A stretch of 62,150 nt of DNA, the filler included, from Sphacelaria rigidula (Eukaryota), in NCBI GenBank assembly GCA_964200075.2. It is 9 parts of 9 records of this genome, joined end to end, with 100 filler letters (N's around TTAATTAATTAA, not from the genome) between each part and the next. Parts side by side here need not be neighbours in the genome. Positions count along the whole stretch, not along the records: positions 48,420 to 55,235 come from CAXNAA020017938.1; positions 55,336 to 62,150 come from CAXNAA020017939.1; 7 more parts are not named here. One strand, 5' to 3'. Within the stretch, counting starts at the first letter, position 1. Each line of letters opens with the position of its first letter. The position numbers and the translations under genes were made by a program. Positions 50,021 to 62,150 of the stretch are shown piece by piece. Below the pieces are notes generated by a model, which was not told the DNA's origin, did no database searches, and saw only the letters and a list, made by a program, of their open reading frames with translations.

Positions 50021-53000
50021 GAGCGACAGGGGAAGAGAAGGCAGCGGAATGAAGGATTTGATCGCTTTGTACGTGTTTGTGTCCTTGGTTTGTGTTGTTG
50101 GCGGGGAACATGATTTTTGGCTAAGTATTTTACTGCGTCTCATTTTCCTCTCTTTCTCAGATTGCTATCTTCTTGTAGATCTTTTCTTGTTTCTTCTGTC
50201 GGGGAAACGACTCATCGGCGATGCTTCCTCGAGTAAGGCGATTGGTTCTCCAATCGAGTTGGCGTCAAGTCCATGGCAACATTGTGTTTTCTCGCGGTAT
50301 GTGTGCGGGTGTGTGTTTCATCCCATCCGAACGCGATGGCCGAAATAATGTCAATCAGATGACACATGCGCGCTCTTGCACTTACAAAACGTTTGAGCTT
50401 ATGCTCGCTTTTTGTCTTCCAGAAAACCAGTCTAATCATTTGTGGAAATAGCACGGAGGCTTTCTGACCACCGAAGAATTGTTCGGTGGAACGCACACAA
50501 AAGCGCACGCTCCGGGAAGGGAGGGGGGGGGGGGGGGGGACTGATTGCGTTGTTGGTGTGCGCGAACGAAAGACATGCATGATGGCGCTCTGTACATTCA
50601 GTAGAACGTGATTTGGTGGGCGTCCTGCGATAGGGACGTTTCGTAGTACTTACGGTTGTTTGGAGTCACGAATCTTGGTCCTTTCTTCGGTTCCTGCTAT
50701 TACTACTGTACATTGAGAGGGGCACCGATTTTGTCGGGAGGGTATTGCGTTAGGGGAGGATTCAGCAGTGACATGCCCATAAGGCTGAAGGTTTTGAGTA
50801 GTGTATTAGCAATATTTTTGTGGGGGTCTGCATTGCTGTTCTAGGCGACAGCATGCGTTGGCGCGTGTTGATGTATGTATTTACCTTGATGTGTTTTGAC
50901 GAGAGTGGGGGTGTTGTAGATGAAATCTAGCTTGGCTCAAACTGACACGCACAAACATGTGGGGTGCCGGTAGGGTTACAACGGAGGGGAGTTCAACGAG
51001 AAATGCCACGAAAGCAATGAAATATGTCGAAATCCTCTCTAGGTGGTGTGGGGGATAACTTCTTTCGAAGCTCGTGTTTCGTTGTGGGTGTGTGGGCCCG
51101 TCTAATAGCATCTCACGATTTTGCCCACCTTGGCCTGTTCTATTTCATTTTCGTCGTGCGCTCGACGTCCCCTGCCCACCAACCCGCGCGCCTTCCTTGA
51201 GACACGCTCATCGTCTTGGGCCATGCATGATGCGCACACAGTCGAAACACCGGATTCCCTTTGAGGCCCTGAGGGCTGAAAAGGCTTTTCCTCATCCGAA
51301 ATTGGAAAAATGTTCAGTTTTTCGCGTGTTCAATCGAAAAAATGCTTGCTTTTGATATGGTTGACCCTGGACTACTGGGTTTTCGGACCCTTTATGTATT
51401 GATATATATAACGTTCATACAAGTCCCACACTAAAACACAAGCTGAAACTGTACAGCATGGCTGTGTGGACGTACACTCGCTGTCAGTGTATGGGATTTG
51501 TATGCAGCGGAGGCTGTTGAAGACATCGATGTCTTTGTCCAATTGATGTACGAATTAGGGGGCAAGAGGATGAGTTTTCAACCCTTTCTGCTGCCTCTCG
51601 AATCTCATCCACTGATACGGTGCAGTATGTGGGACTTGAACGGCAAAAGCTGCTCGCAAGTAAGTCTCTTTTTTGCCCAATTTCAGGTATTGGGCAAAAT
51701 GAGGATTTATTTCGAGCAGCTTCTGGTGTACAAATTCCACTTGCGAGTATATATGGGATTTGCACAGCCTCTGCTGTTTGAAATGAAAATCCTCTTTGCC
51801 CGATTCCAAATTTGGAACTAGGATTTATTTCCAACAGCAGAGGCTGCACAAATTCCAGATTTCCACAGCACTTGTGCCTTCAAAAACAATTCAGGGGATT
51901 TTAATATTGACACAGACCTTCGAGGCCCCAAATTTGAAAATCCTCTTAAGGATTGCGAATACTCAAGATCCCCTAGCGGGGATTTCAAAACGGGCGTAAC
52001 CGAGGATGACGTTTGAAAAATCCTCTACAAGGTAGCCGAATGGCCGCGTGTGTAGTTTGCCCTATAGGCAAAGTGTGCGTTGGCAGACATCGAATCGTCG
52101 CGGCAGGCGCCGATTTCGACAAAAACACGTTCTGGACGAGCTGGGTCCACTGCTCCCCTGCCCCAAACCATATTTTTTTCAAAACTTTATCAAGTCTGAA
52201 ATCGAGTAGTCATCCTTGTCAACCAGTGTGTACGAACATTTCGTCAGGTCTACTGCTGAAAGGGTCAACGAGCCTCTTAGTATGCTAGAAGCCAACGTGT
52301 CGTGTGTAACAATTTTCATTTTCGATTTGAAAGGTGAATGTCACCGCCGTTCGAAAAAAAAAGGTCACTCTCAGTCATATATTGAACTCTCAATCTCACG
52401 AAGATATTGTATATTGGACTCGTACAGACAATATCTATCCGTGACGACGTCGGATTATTGCGTTATTACTGTAGCCGTGGTGAACTAGGGGGTTCTAGGA
52501 TGCCTTGCGTATAAGAGAATGTACCCATCTATTAGGCTACCTTTCAGGTCTAACTGACGCATAAGCTTTGCCTGTGTGACATATAAACTCGCTCGTCTGA
52601 TGGGGCTACTGCTGCTGCTGCTGCTTTCGCACTCCGTAGCGGAGCTTGAAAGCAGCTCGTTGATAGCGTCGGCGCTCGCTGAGCACAGGAAGTGACTACA
52701 GCGAGCGATAACCCGGCAAGGCATTGTAGTCAGCAGCATGCTGTACACGATCAATGGTGCATGGGACCCAGGGTGTGCGTAATCGCTGGCGAAAATCAAA
52801 AGCACGTTCAATCGGTGCGCGCAATGCTTCTCCGTTTTGAATTTTTATGACGGGAAACAGACAAATAGATCACTCATGCGATGGGACACATGCTGTTTTT
52901 TTCCTCGAAGGAAGGAGGGGGAAACCTCACCCAACACTCCCCGCAAGCGGGTTCGCGTGCCGATTACCCGGAGGCTCGCCTATACACCGCCTCGCGGCAG

Positions 53001-53744
53001 TCCTGCGGGGCGGGCGCCTCGAGTGTCTGGAAGTTTTGCTCAGGGCACGTGTGGTGATCTAACCCACAAAAACTCTCTTCATACTTGACGCACTGTACCC
53101 ATCGCCCTACTCTTCAGTGTGAAAGAACTTGGCGCAGTGCACGCGCTACACTACTCTTATGAACTTCGGCCCTAAGATCCATTATTATCGACACTAATTT
53201 TTCGGAGATTTCCGAGATTATCGAGACTGACAAGGTACCTGATGATTCTCAAATGCTTGCGAGCGCCACGGCGTTTTCACGGGCAACTCTTCGAAGTGCT
53301 GCGGTGCAGTCCGAATTCTTCGTGCTTCTCCACAAATTAGCTTCAGAGAAAAAGCAAGGTGAATAGACAAAAAAGGGTACACCCTGGTGCTTTGGGGACA
53401 AAAAAGGGTATCCCTTTTTCGCGTTGGGGCGCGGCGCTGCACGCGGGCTGAACACGTTCCAGCGCCTCAGCCGATATTGAAGGGATAACGAGCCCGCACC
53501 GGCGCCGGCGCCGGCGTCACCTTGCGGCACAGCGTCACGTGTGACAGGTGCTGACATTGTTCTTGATAATCTGAAAGTTTCCTGTCTGTGTTGCTTGGGT
53601 TGTGGTCCGTGGACTGGGGACGTCAATCTGAAGCCTCAGATATAGTGCTGGTCTGGAATTAATATGGGTGCAAGAGCGACGATCGGGGGAGAACATTCGA
53701 TTGTACGGTAAAAGACATCGGATTCAGGCGTTCTTCCTCCAATC

Positions 53745-55120
53745 GATCGGTAAGCGCGATGCTGCTGCTGTCTGGATTTTTTCTCGACGCTGCAAACGAA
53801 GCGCAGATCGCTCGTGCTGCTGTTGCACTCGGTACCAGCGCACGACAACCACTTGTTGATAGCATCGGTGCGTGCTGAGCATAGGAAGTGACCACAGTGA
53901 GCAATATCATAGCAAGGCATTGCAGTCGGTAGCATGCTTTACACGATCGAAAATGCATGCGTGCGACACAATCGCTGGGTGAAACAAACACAATCGCTGG
54001 GCGAGAGAAAAAGAGCGGTCGGTGCGCGCGATTCTTTTTCCGTTTTGAAAATTTTGTTTGTCGTGCGGAACGAAGTGCAGAACGATTGTGCTGCTGTTGC
54101 ACGCGATAACCGTACGTGGCAAACGCTTGTTGATAGCGTCGGCGCTACTTCAGCATGGGAATAAGTGACTACAGCGAGCGATATTCCAGCAAAGCAGTGC
54201 AGTCGGTAGCATGCTGTACACGATCGATGACGCTACGTGCACCCCAATCGCTGGGTGAAACAAACACAATCGCTGGCCGAGAAGAAAAAAAAACGATCGG
54301 TGCACGCGATGCTTTTTCGTTTCGAAAATTTTGCTCGTCGAGCGAAACGAAGTGCACAATGATCCTGCTGCTGTTGCACGCGGTAACAGCACTTGACAAC
54401 AGCTGGTTGATAGCATCGGCGGCAGCTTTGCAGACGAAGTGACTAGAGCGAGCGATATCCAAGCATGGCATTGCAGTCAGCACCGTACTGTACAGGGTCG
54501 ATGGTACATGCGTTTGCTCGATCGCCGGGCGAAGGAAAGAGCGATCGCTGGGCGAGAAAAATGAAGCGATCGGTGAGCGCGATGCTTCTTCTGCTGTTTG
54601 GATTTTTTCTCGATGCGGCGAACGAAGCACGGATCACTCGTGCTGCTGTTGCAGTCGGTAATAGCGCGGTTGACAAGAGCTTGATGATAGCATCGGCGCT
54701 ACGAGCTGGGCCAGCCAAGAGTACGTGTGAATCTCGCTCAGGCGATGCACGGCGCGATATGAGGAGTCAGACGCTGAAACTTTGACAGCAGCTTTTCATG
54801 ATCAAATTGCAAAATATCACGGGTCCAGCAAAAACAAAATTATAAATAAGAAGTTATGGGCAATTGAAATTTCAGCAAAAAACAAGATAATGCTGTAAGT
54901 CCAGGAAAAAAAGCAGAATCTGCAGCTGGACTCGTGAAGTATCAGCCCCTTGGGCGCAGGAGAATTGACTACAGCGAGCGATAACCCAGCAAGGCATTGC
55001 AGTCGGTAGCATGCTGTACACGATCGACGATGCATGCGTGTATGCGCACCAATCGCTGGCTTAAGCAAACACAATTAATTGCTGGGCGAGAAAAATAAAG
55101 CGATCGGTGCGCGCGATGCT
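53745..55120. repeat. Diverged satellite, about 275-bp unit, 4-5 copies (extra unit at about 52615-52830), interrupted by an insertion
   Basis: The marker AAGTGAC(T/C)A recurs at about 53885, 54163 and 54436, and resumes as TTGACTACAGCG at about 54965. GCATTGCAGTCGGTAGCATGCTGTACACGATCG-like blocks are also repeated. Confidence 0.85.
54700..54950. mobile_element. Dispersed repeat beginning TACGAGCTGGGC, inserted in the satellite. Reverse-complement copy at about 58100-58328; the same terminus occurs at 24421
   Basis: Colinear match over more than 200 bp (e.g. GACGCTGAAA.TTTGACAGCAGCTTTT.ATGATCAAA) between contigs 8 and 9. Confidence 0.75.
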
Positions 55121-55954
55121 TTTAACAATGTTTTCGTGAGATTGAGAACCTACGATACGATTGAGAGTAGGCTTGAGAGAAGGCTTTTCATGGCTTTGAG
55201 CGGCCGGTTGTGCCTGCATCATTAATGGACAAAACNNNNNNNNNNNNNNNNNNNNNNNNNNNNNNNNNNNNNNNNNNNNTTAATTAATTAANNNNNNNNN
55301 NNNNNNNNNNNNNNNNNNNNNNNNNNNNNNNNNNNTGACAGCCTACAATGAGTTGCTTTATTTTCTGACATCGCCACTTCCAGAGACAGCCACGGCTTTT
55401 ACACTGCCTGTGGGAGCAAATTGTGGCTCAGCTATTTCAGACCGCACTATTTGGGCATTAAGGGATCTCCTCCATGAGTCCTCCGAAAGCAAGACATTAT
55501 ACTGCTAGTGTATGCCACTGGGAGAGAAAAACAACGATAGACGCAAGGAGAGAGAGGAAGTGTAAGAATCAAGGAAATATGGAAGTGGTGGAAGCGGTGG
55601 AACCCAACTACACAGTAAAACGTGTACAAAAGCACGACCTGGGAACACTACAAGACCGCAAGCCAATGAAAACGTCGGCGGCAGAAAAGAGAAGACAGAG
55701 GTGGATCAGTTCCCGTGTTTAACCCAGTTTCACCTTGTTGTGTCGGCGGTATCGGCTCTCCGATTGGCGTCTCTCGGTGCAGCAGCCTCTCGTTTCTAGC
55801 AAGGTTCCGGTTGGAGTTCGTCTTGGCGTCGTCACGTCTTCTCAAAGTCTCTTCTCCATTCTGGATAGCAAGGGCTGGTACTGCTTCTGCATGGATCGGA
55901 GTGTCGCCTTACACCCTACCTGCTCTTTAAGGGCCGCCGCCATGCACGCCACCT

Positions 55955-56789
55955 TTCCCTCGAGCTGCGATTGAAGCGCGACACAGTCGGACGCCGACGT
56001 CGCCACCTCCTGCTCAAGGCGGGATACCTTCTCCTCTCGCTCCTTGATCTGGACTTGTGCCACACGGAGGTCCTCGAGTGAGGTCTTGACTTGCCGCGAT
56101 ACCTCGTCGGCCACAGCGATCCTCAGCTTCTGCGCAGCAGCGCTCGCGCTGGCCACCACGGCCCTCGCGGAATTAGTCTCCACCGTGCTGGCCGCCAGCC
56201 GCTTGGACAGCTGCTCTCGCTCCTCGTCACGGTTCATCAGCTTCTCCTCGAGCCGAGCGTTGGCTCGGAAAGTCGTCGCATGCTACATCTTCTCCGTAGC
56301 GAGAGCCTCTTGCAGATTCTTCGCTGCAGCATCCACCTTCTCCATTTTGAAGAGCAAGGATCCATGCAGGAGCAGCACCAGTCCTTGCTCTCCAAAGTGG
56401 AAAAGGTAGACGCCGCAGCGGAGAATCTGCAAGAGGCTCTCGCTACGGAGAAGATGTAGTATGCGACGACTTTCCAAGCCAACGCTCGGCTCGAGGAGAA
56501 GCTGATGAGCCGTGACGAGGAGCGAGAGCAGCTGTCCAAGCGGCTGGCGGCCAGCACGGCGGAGACTGATTCCGCGAGGGCCGAGGTGGCCAGCGCGAGC
56601 GCTGCTGCGAAGAAGCTGAGGATCGCTGTGGCCGACAAAGTATCGCGGCAAGTCAAGACCTCATTCGTGGACCCCCCGTGTGGCACAGGTCGAGGTCAAG
56701 GAGCGAGAGGAGAAGGTATCCCGCCTTGAGCAGGAGGTGGAGACGTCGGCGTCCGACTGTGTCGCGCTTCAGTCGCAGCTCGAGGGGAA
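55955..56789. repeat. Inverted duplication of coding-like sequence: arms of about 405 bp (55955-56360 and 56382-56789) with a 21-bp spacer
   Basis: The arms are reverse complements at roughly 90-95% identity. The ORF track shows mirror translations (MNRDEEREQLSKRLAAS / MSRDEEREQLSKRLAAS). Confidence 0.95.
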
Positions 56790-57273
56790 CAGGATGCTGT
56801 CGAATCTGAAGGTTTAGATGAAGAGTCAGGTGGAGTCGGCCAAGGCCATGATTGTGGAGGAGTTCGAGGCCGGGCTGGGCGCGGTCCAGCGCAAAGCGCT
56901 AGCGGAGATGGAGTCGTACAAAGCGCGCTACGAGGAGATGGAGACGCGACTGTACGATGCTGTCCGCAAGCTCGCAACGGCTAAGCTCCAGGGGAAAGGG
57001 ACGCGCAGGGAGAAGAGAGAGGCCGAAGCCAGGAAGCGAGAAGAGCGCGAGGCGGTGGAAGCAACACGGAGACCATCAGCAAACGCCGACGTTAGCGCCG
57101 AGCGGACAGGCAACACAGCTTCTTCCTTGGTTTCTTCGCCTACTTCTGCTTCGGTCGGTGAGAAACACGGGGGCGACATCAACACGAGCGCGATGGCAGC
57201 GATTGCCAAGCGGAGGAGGCGGCGGCAGCGGCGGCAGCGGCAGCAGCGGCAGCAGCAGCAGCAGCAGTACTAA
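56364..57273 (+). pseudogene. Disrupted coiled-coil protein coding region (with a mirror copy on the minus strand at about 55650-56360)
   Basis: GC-rich coding-like sequence with heptad-rich translation, an in-frame TAG at 56457, a frameshift near 56670 and a further stop near 56815. It ends in a CAG/CGG microsatellite at 57215-57267. Confidence 0.65.
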
Positions 57274-60200
57274 GTTGCGCTGGTGCACGAGAGAGAGTGA
57301 TCCCTCAGTGACAGTCAAGGATAGCGGGACATTCTCGCACGAACGCCCCTCGCGGTGGCGCGCTGGCGGCGGCAGCGGTGAGAATGAGGTGAAGGGCGAG
57401 GACCAGGGCAAGGAGGGTACAGGCTGGATGGGCGGCCCCAATCTGCACAGGCCACTGACGGTTGCTATGGTCCTGTTTGTGGTGGACAAGGACACACGCC
57501 AAACGGAACAGACCAGCTTTCATGGGTTTTCATCGGTAACTGTTGTCCCGATGGCAGGCGAGGAGGGTACATGCCGGCTGCTATGAACACATGTCAGGGT
57601 GTTGGCGGCAACCGTGACCACGACACGGAAACAAGTATTTGCAGACGGGGCGGTTGTTCGCGGCGCACCAATAGTGCAGGAAAGCAGGCGTCTTGGGGCA
57701 AGTTTTCTTGGCTGTTGGGTATCCATTACGAGCTGGGCCAACTTGAAAGCGGCTAAAACTTGCTTACACCACAGCTTCCCCAGTTTCCCGAATGAAGCCG
57801 ATGAAAGCATATCACTGTGAAGTGTGGACCAACTGGAAACACACGGCACCGCCGCTGAAGGAAAAAACAACTGAAGAAATTGTACTGCATAATGTATATA
57901 TAACCTTGACGACGGACGAAAAAAAAAGAGAATCTGTCAGGATTCGAACTCATGACCTCCATTAATTGAGTCTCCCATCACTTGATTTATAGGGGTGCAG
58001 GAGCGTCAGGGAAAATTCTGAACGCACGGCCCAATTTGACCACTGTTGAGCTGGAATTTCGGGTAGACCTTCTGCACCCAAGGAACTGATACTTGACGTG
58101 AGCAGCTGCAGATTCCCTTTTTTTTCCTGGACACTATGGCATTGTCTTGTTTTTGCTGAAATTTCAAATGATCATAACTTTTGTTTCTCTTTTTTTTTGC
58201 TGCTCACGTGATTTTCTGCATTTTGATCATAAAAAGCTGCTGTCAAAATTTCAGCGTCCAACTCCTGATATCGCGCCGGGCGTCGTCTTCGCGAGATTCA
58301 CACCTACTCTTGACTGCCCCAGCTCGTACCGACCCTACGTCGTCCGTGAGTCCTGCTGCTGGACGCTGTCGGCCGCGAGAGTTGGGTAATATTAGTTTTT
58401 TATACGTGGGGACTGGTGGTGTGCGGTGGCGGCGCTTCACGGTTTCTTCTTTTTTGTAACGTTTCGATCGGGCATGATTCTCCACTTGTGGGTCGCTTCA
58501 AGCGTGGGGCGCGTGTTACTGTGGTGTCGGCCACCAGAGTACGGTTGACATGACCCCGTGGTATGCAGTAGGGAAAGACTGGCGGGGACAACGTTGATGG
58601 GATTCGGGAATATCGCGGAACTATTTACGTACCCGTCTTTTCTCTACAACGTGAGACAGGTGAGAGGCTCATTTTTGTTCTATTGATGGAGTACACACGT
58701 TGCCGGCCAACGTACCCCACTGATCTGTACAGCTGCATCGCGTCGCAGAATGCCGTGATCCTGAAGCAATGGGTATAGCTGCAAATGTAGCTGTGGTACT
58801 GCTGTGAGAAACAGGTGTGTTCTTTTTTTATCGCGTGGCACTACTCTTCACTCTGACGATGGCTTTGTTGGTTGGCAGCTGTGTCGTGATCTGATCACGA
58901 GGTGATACTGGCGTCACTCTCAACGAACACGCCCGGCCCGGGGTGACACGAGGTCAGCGGCTGGCCACATCGAACAATCGCAGTCGAGAGGAATGACCCT
59001 TGAGCTCGTGAGTTAACAGACCATCGAGTCCGATAAACACTGCATCGCAAGGCCAAGCAGGGACTCACTTTCACGTGCAGAAGAGGTGCTCTTGACTTAC
59101 TTGCAAGCGAGATGTCTCCGAGTGGTGGCTGATAGCTCTGTTATTAATTAGTCTTAGCTAGGTAGCTAAACGAGAGTTGCTGGGTGATGGAAGTTCTGAG
59201 GGCGGTAGGCTCCGGTCAAGGACGCCTGATTGGAATACAACACCAACATAGGAATGGAATAAGACCTACTGCACTTACCACGCGTACTGCAAAACGCCTA
59301 CTACACATACAGTCGATATCCGCCGTAACATCCCCCTCCCTTGCTTTGTGCACGCTGCTAATGGAAGGTGAGGACAGTCATAGCTCAATGCACTCCGGGG
59401 GAATTCCCTCTACTTTGTATGCCATCAGCCTATGATCACGGTAGCGACGAGAAAACGGCAGAACTTCGGGGCTAAGATTAACCGCGGGAAAAACTCTCAT
59501 GAAATTGGAAGGATGGGCAAAATGTGGTTTTCAGGGAAAAGCCTCACCGCTTGGGGGAAAATCTCTCACGCCCTTTCGGGTCATAGCGAGTGCTTTCGCA
59601 TATGCTGTGTCGTCCCGGGATCCCAGTTACACTGGGAATAGAAACCACGGAGAATAGTCGGTGACTATTTTCCGATGGTAACGGCGCTTAAACACCCTTA
59701 TTTGATTTACAATCCCGGGTAGTGCAGGACTCGCAAAAAAGAGCTGACCCACTAAAAAAAACCCAAGAAAGCGCTTACTGGCTGATGGGAGTGCGTAGGC
59801 TTTTCTCTCACCGACCAGCAGCAACTGACCTACTGGACACAGGGGGACTCCTACATCTTAGATCGACAGTTCCGTCATGGTACAGTGTCCAAGCACGTAC
59901 TCGGTGCCCACTCTTCTTGTACCATGCTCACTCCACGATATGATATGCTCTACTCGAAAGGAGTGGGGCACCCTAAAATCGGATTAACGTTCTTCGAGGA
60001 CGAAGAAACGTGATGAACGAATCGGGTACGTGAAACACAGGGTGGAATCAGGTCTGACAAAACCAAGAAATCAATAATCTCCACGGAACGCAATATCGGG
60101 AAAAAAACAAAGGGTGGACCAAGATCAACTCCGCGAAAAGATGTGAAAATGGGAAACCGAAAAATAGTGCTAGAGGAACGAACCAGATCAACAGCAAAAA

Positions 60201-62150
60201 GAGGAGGGAGAAAGGCAACCGAAACATGAAAGAAAAGTATAAAGGACCCATCACGTCAGTAACACGAAAAAAACAGCTCATGAAACCTGAAAACAGTCAA
60301 AAACATGGGACTAACACGAGAAAAAGGACCAGGTCCTACGAAATCAAACGAAACCAAAGCGGGATAGGGAAGAGCAAATGGAATCCAGACTAGAAATAAC
60401 CGGACAGAGAAAAAAGGATGAGGCCCTGAGGAGAAAGTTCTGCTCCAAAAAAACGAGGCAAACAAATCGAGAAGGTGCCCCTCCCCCCCCCAAAAAATAA
60501 GATCAAACGTTGCAAGGTGAGAAAATAAAGCCGGGAACGATACGTAGTATATAAACGAGCTCATAATCAACCGGAAAACACGAGTGAAAACAGAACCGAA
60601 GAGAGTAGGAAAAAGTAAGTACTGAACAGCTGTTCCAATAAAAAGAAACAGTACTGAACTACTGCTCATTACTATATATAAAAATACAAATACAAATACA
60701 AAGTGCTGCTCGCTCCTGTAACGCACCTCAAAACGGTCTCCAGCTTTCCTTCGTATAATGTTAATGCTTTTCTCTGCTTCGCTCGCACAATGCCATCGAA
60801 TCACTCGTCTGGGTCACTTGCTGGAGCTCTTCACTTATTGAAGACTCTCCGCAGTCTTCGTCTCATCAGTTCTTTCGCGTTCACCGTCGTCGAATACTTG
60901 TCCTCCATGCTGAGCGTCGTCAATATCCTCTCGGAATGCAAAACCTATGAGGAAACAAGTTCAGAACATCACTGCGCGACAGAGGGACATGGGGTGCTCG
61001 GGCGGGATAGCATAGTTGATGCCTTGGCTCGGTGGTGCAGACGCCAAAGGGCATGGAACCCGTCCACTCTGGAAACATCAGGCTTTCCAGGACTGCTTTC
61101 TGGTAACTTTTGACATTGCTCCATCCTGGGCCTTTGCTCGCTATTTCCAACCTGTTTTTTTTATTTATTTAGACTCGCGACGGCGTTTCAGGGTGGGGAG
61201 GTGGGGTGTGGGGTTTTCAAAGGTTGGCGTCACCCCGAGGTCTGGTGTTCAACCAAACTAGGCGGACGCGTCAGCGGTTGAATATCTCACGTGGGGCAGG
61301 TAACGGTGTGTGGTTCGACCCATGGCGGACTATCTTGCGCGTACGTATTTTGTGTCCTTACATCACCACCTCCAGACCGCGTGCCGTCATTAGTCCTTGC
61401 CAACTTTCCATATACCGTGTACTAGTCCTCCAATTTCCTGCCGTGGCCATCCCGACATTGAGATCTCACCTTCCGGATCCACCACCAGTCTTACCTCGCA
61501 TAGGTGCTATTCGCGCTGTTCTACGAGAAGCTCCAGTCCTGCACTCGGTTCTGCTTCTTGTGATATACGTGAAGGTTGTTCAGGAAGCGAACAGTTTAGA
61601 TATATGTGTGTTTTTGCGTCGACACGGCAACTCGGGGAAGGGAGCAGCGTGTCAAGCAATGTGCGCTTGGTTCAAGGGGCCGATGAGACGTGTTCCCACC
61701 CGACTTGCAAAGTTCTGACAACAAATCCAGCACTCATCCTCCTGGTCTCACGACTGCGTTCTTACCGCGTGGGAGATCTGACGCTTCGGGAAGGATACCT
61801 TCTTTCAGTCACCTGCCAAAATGGGTGACTACCTCCACGCTAAACTCTAAATTCTTCGCCTCTGTTCCGCGAATCTTTTGAGGGGCACAGCAAGTTAGGC
61901 ACATTCTGCAGGGGCACTCACTACCCCGTTGACTTGTTTTGATGGCTGTGGAAAACCAACTGGGGATCGAGAAGCGAGGTCAAGTGCCTGCAGATATATG
62001 TGTATGTGAGTGCAACATTACCTCAATTGTTGGCACGTTGATCACCTCGTCCCATGGGTCTACCACACGCCCCTACCTGATAACAGCCGATCCTAATGTT
62101 TGGGGCTGAAACATGAAATGAGGTCGAAGTCCCATTTCTCTATTGCAGGG

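Noticed and set aside
6820..55335. Regular 6.9-kb periodic TTAATTAATTAA motif, and apparent co-location of ThiE-like, RidA-like, helicase and protease genes as a cluster
   Set aside because: The motif is an artificial linker between size-sorted contigs. Genes on different contigs have no demonstrated linkage.
56457..56459. Stop-codon readthrough or recoding at the TAG shared by both palindrome arms
   Set aside because: Additional frameshifts and stops nearby indicate decay. A nonsense mutation predating the duplication explains the shared TAG more simply.
60900..61900. Possible LINE C-terminal or endonuclease remnant
   Set aside because: Only vague similarity (HCATEGHGVLGRDSIVDALARWCR). I could not confirm a diagnostic motif without a search.

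Overview
Eukaryotic, repeat-rich genomic DNA, most likely from a brown alga or related stramenopile (inferred from short GT-AG exons, long introns, TTAGGG-type repeats and the retroelement types). The window is not one locus. It is nine unrelated contigs of 6819, 6818, 6817, 6817, 6816, 6816, 6816, 6816 and 6815 bp, sorted by size and joined by artificial 100-bp spacers (44 N + TTAATTAATTAA + 44 N), so nothing can be inferred across a spacer. I rebuilt these spliced genes by hand: a UvrD/PcrA-type helicase exon, three exons of an RsuA/RluE-type pseudouridine synthase, a two-exon stand-alone ThiE/TenI-fold gene with altered motifs, three exons of a RidA/YjgF-family gene and three exons of a peptidase M41-like (FtsH-related HEAGH) gene. 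The multi-exon models have matching splice phases. The rest is mobile or repetitive DNA: decayed Ty1/copia, Ty3/gypsy and LINE elements, a non-autonomous LTR element, several MITE families (one nested), satellites and long foldbacks. The most notable item is an approximately 830-bp inverted duplication of a pseudogenised coiled-coil coding region (55955-56789), a candidate hairpin-RNA or young miRNA locus. I found no convincing novel multi-gene system, CRISPR array, riboswitch or intact viral genes.
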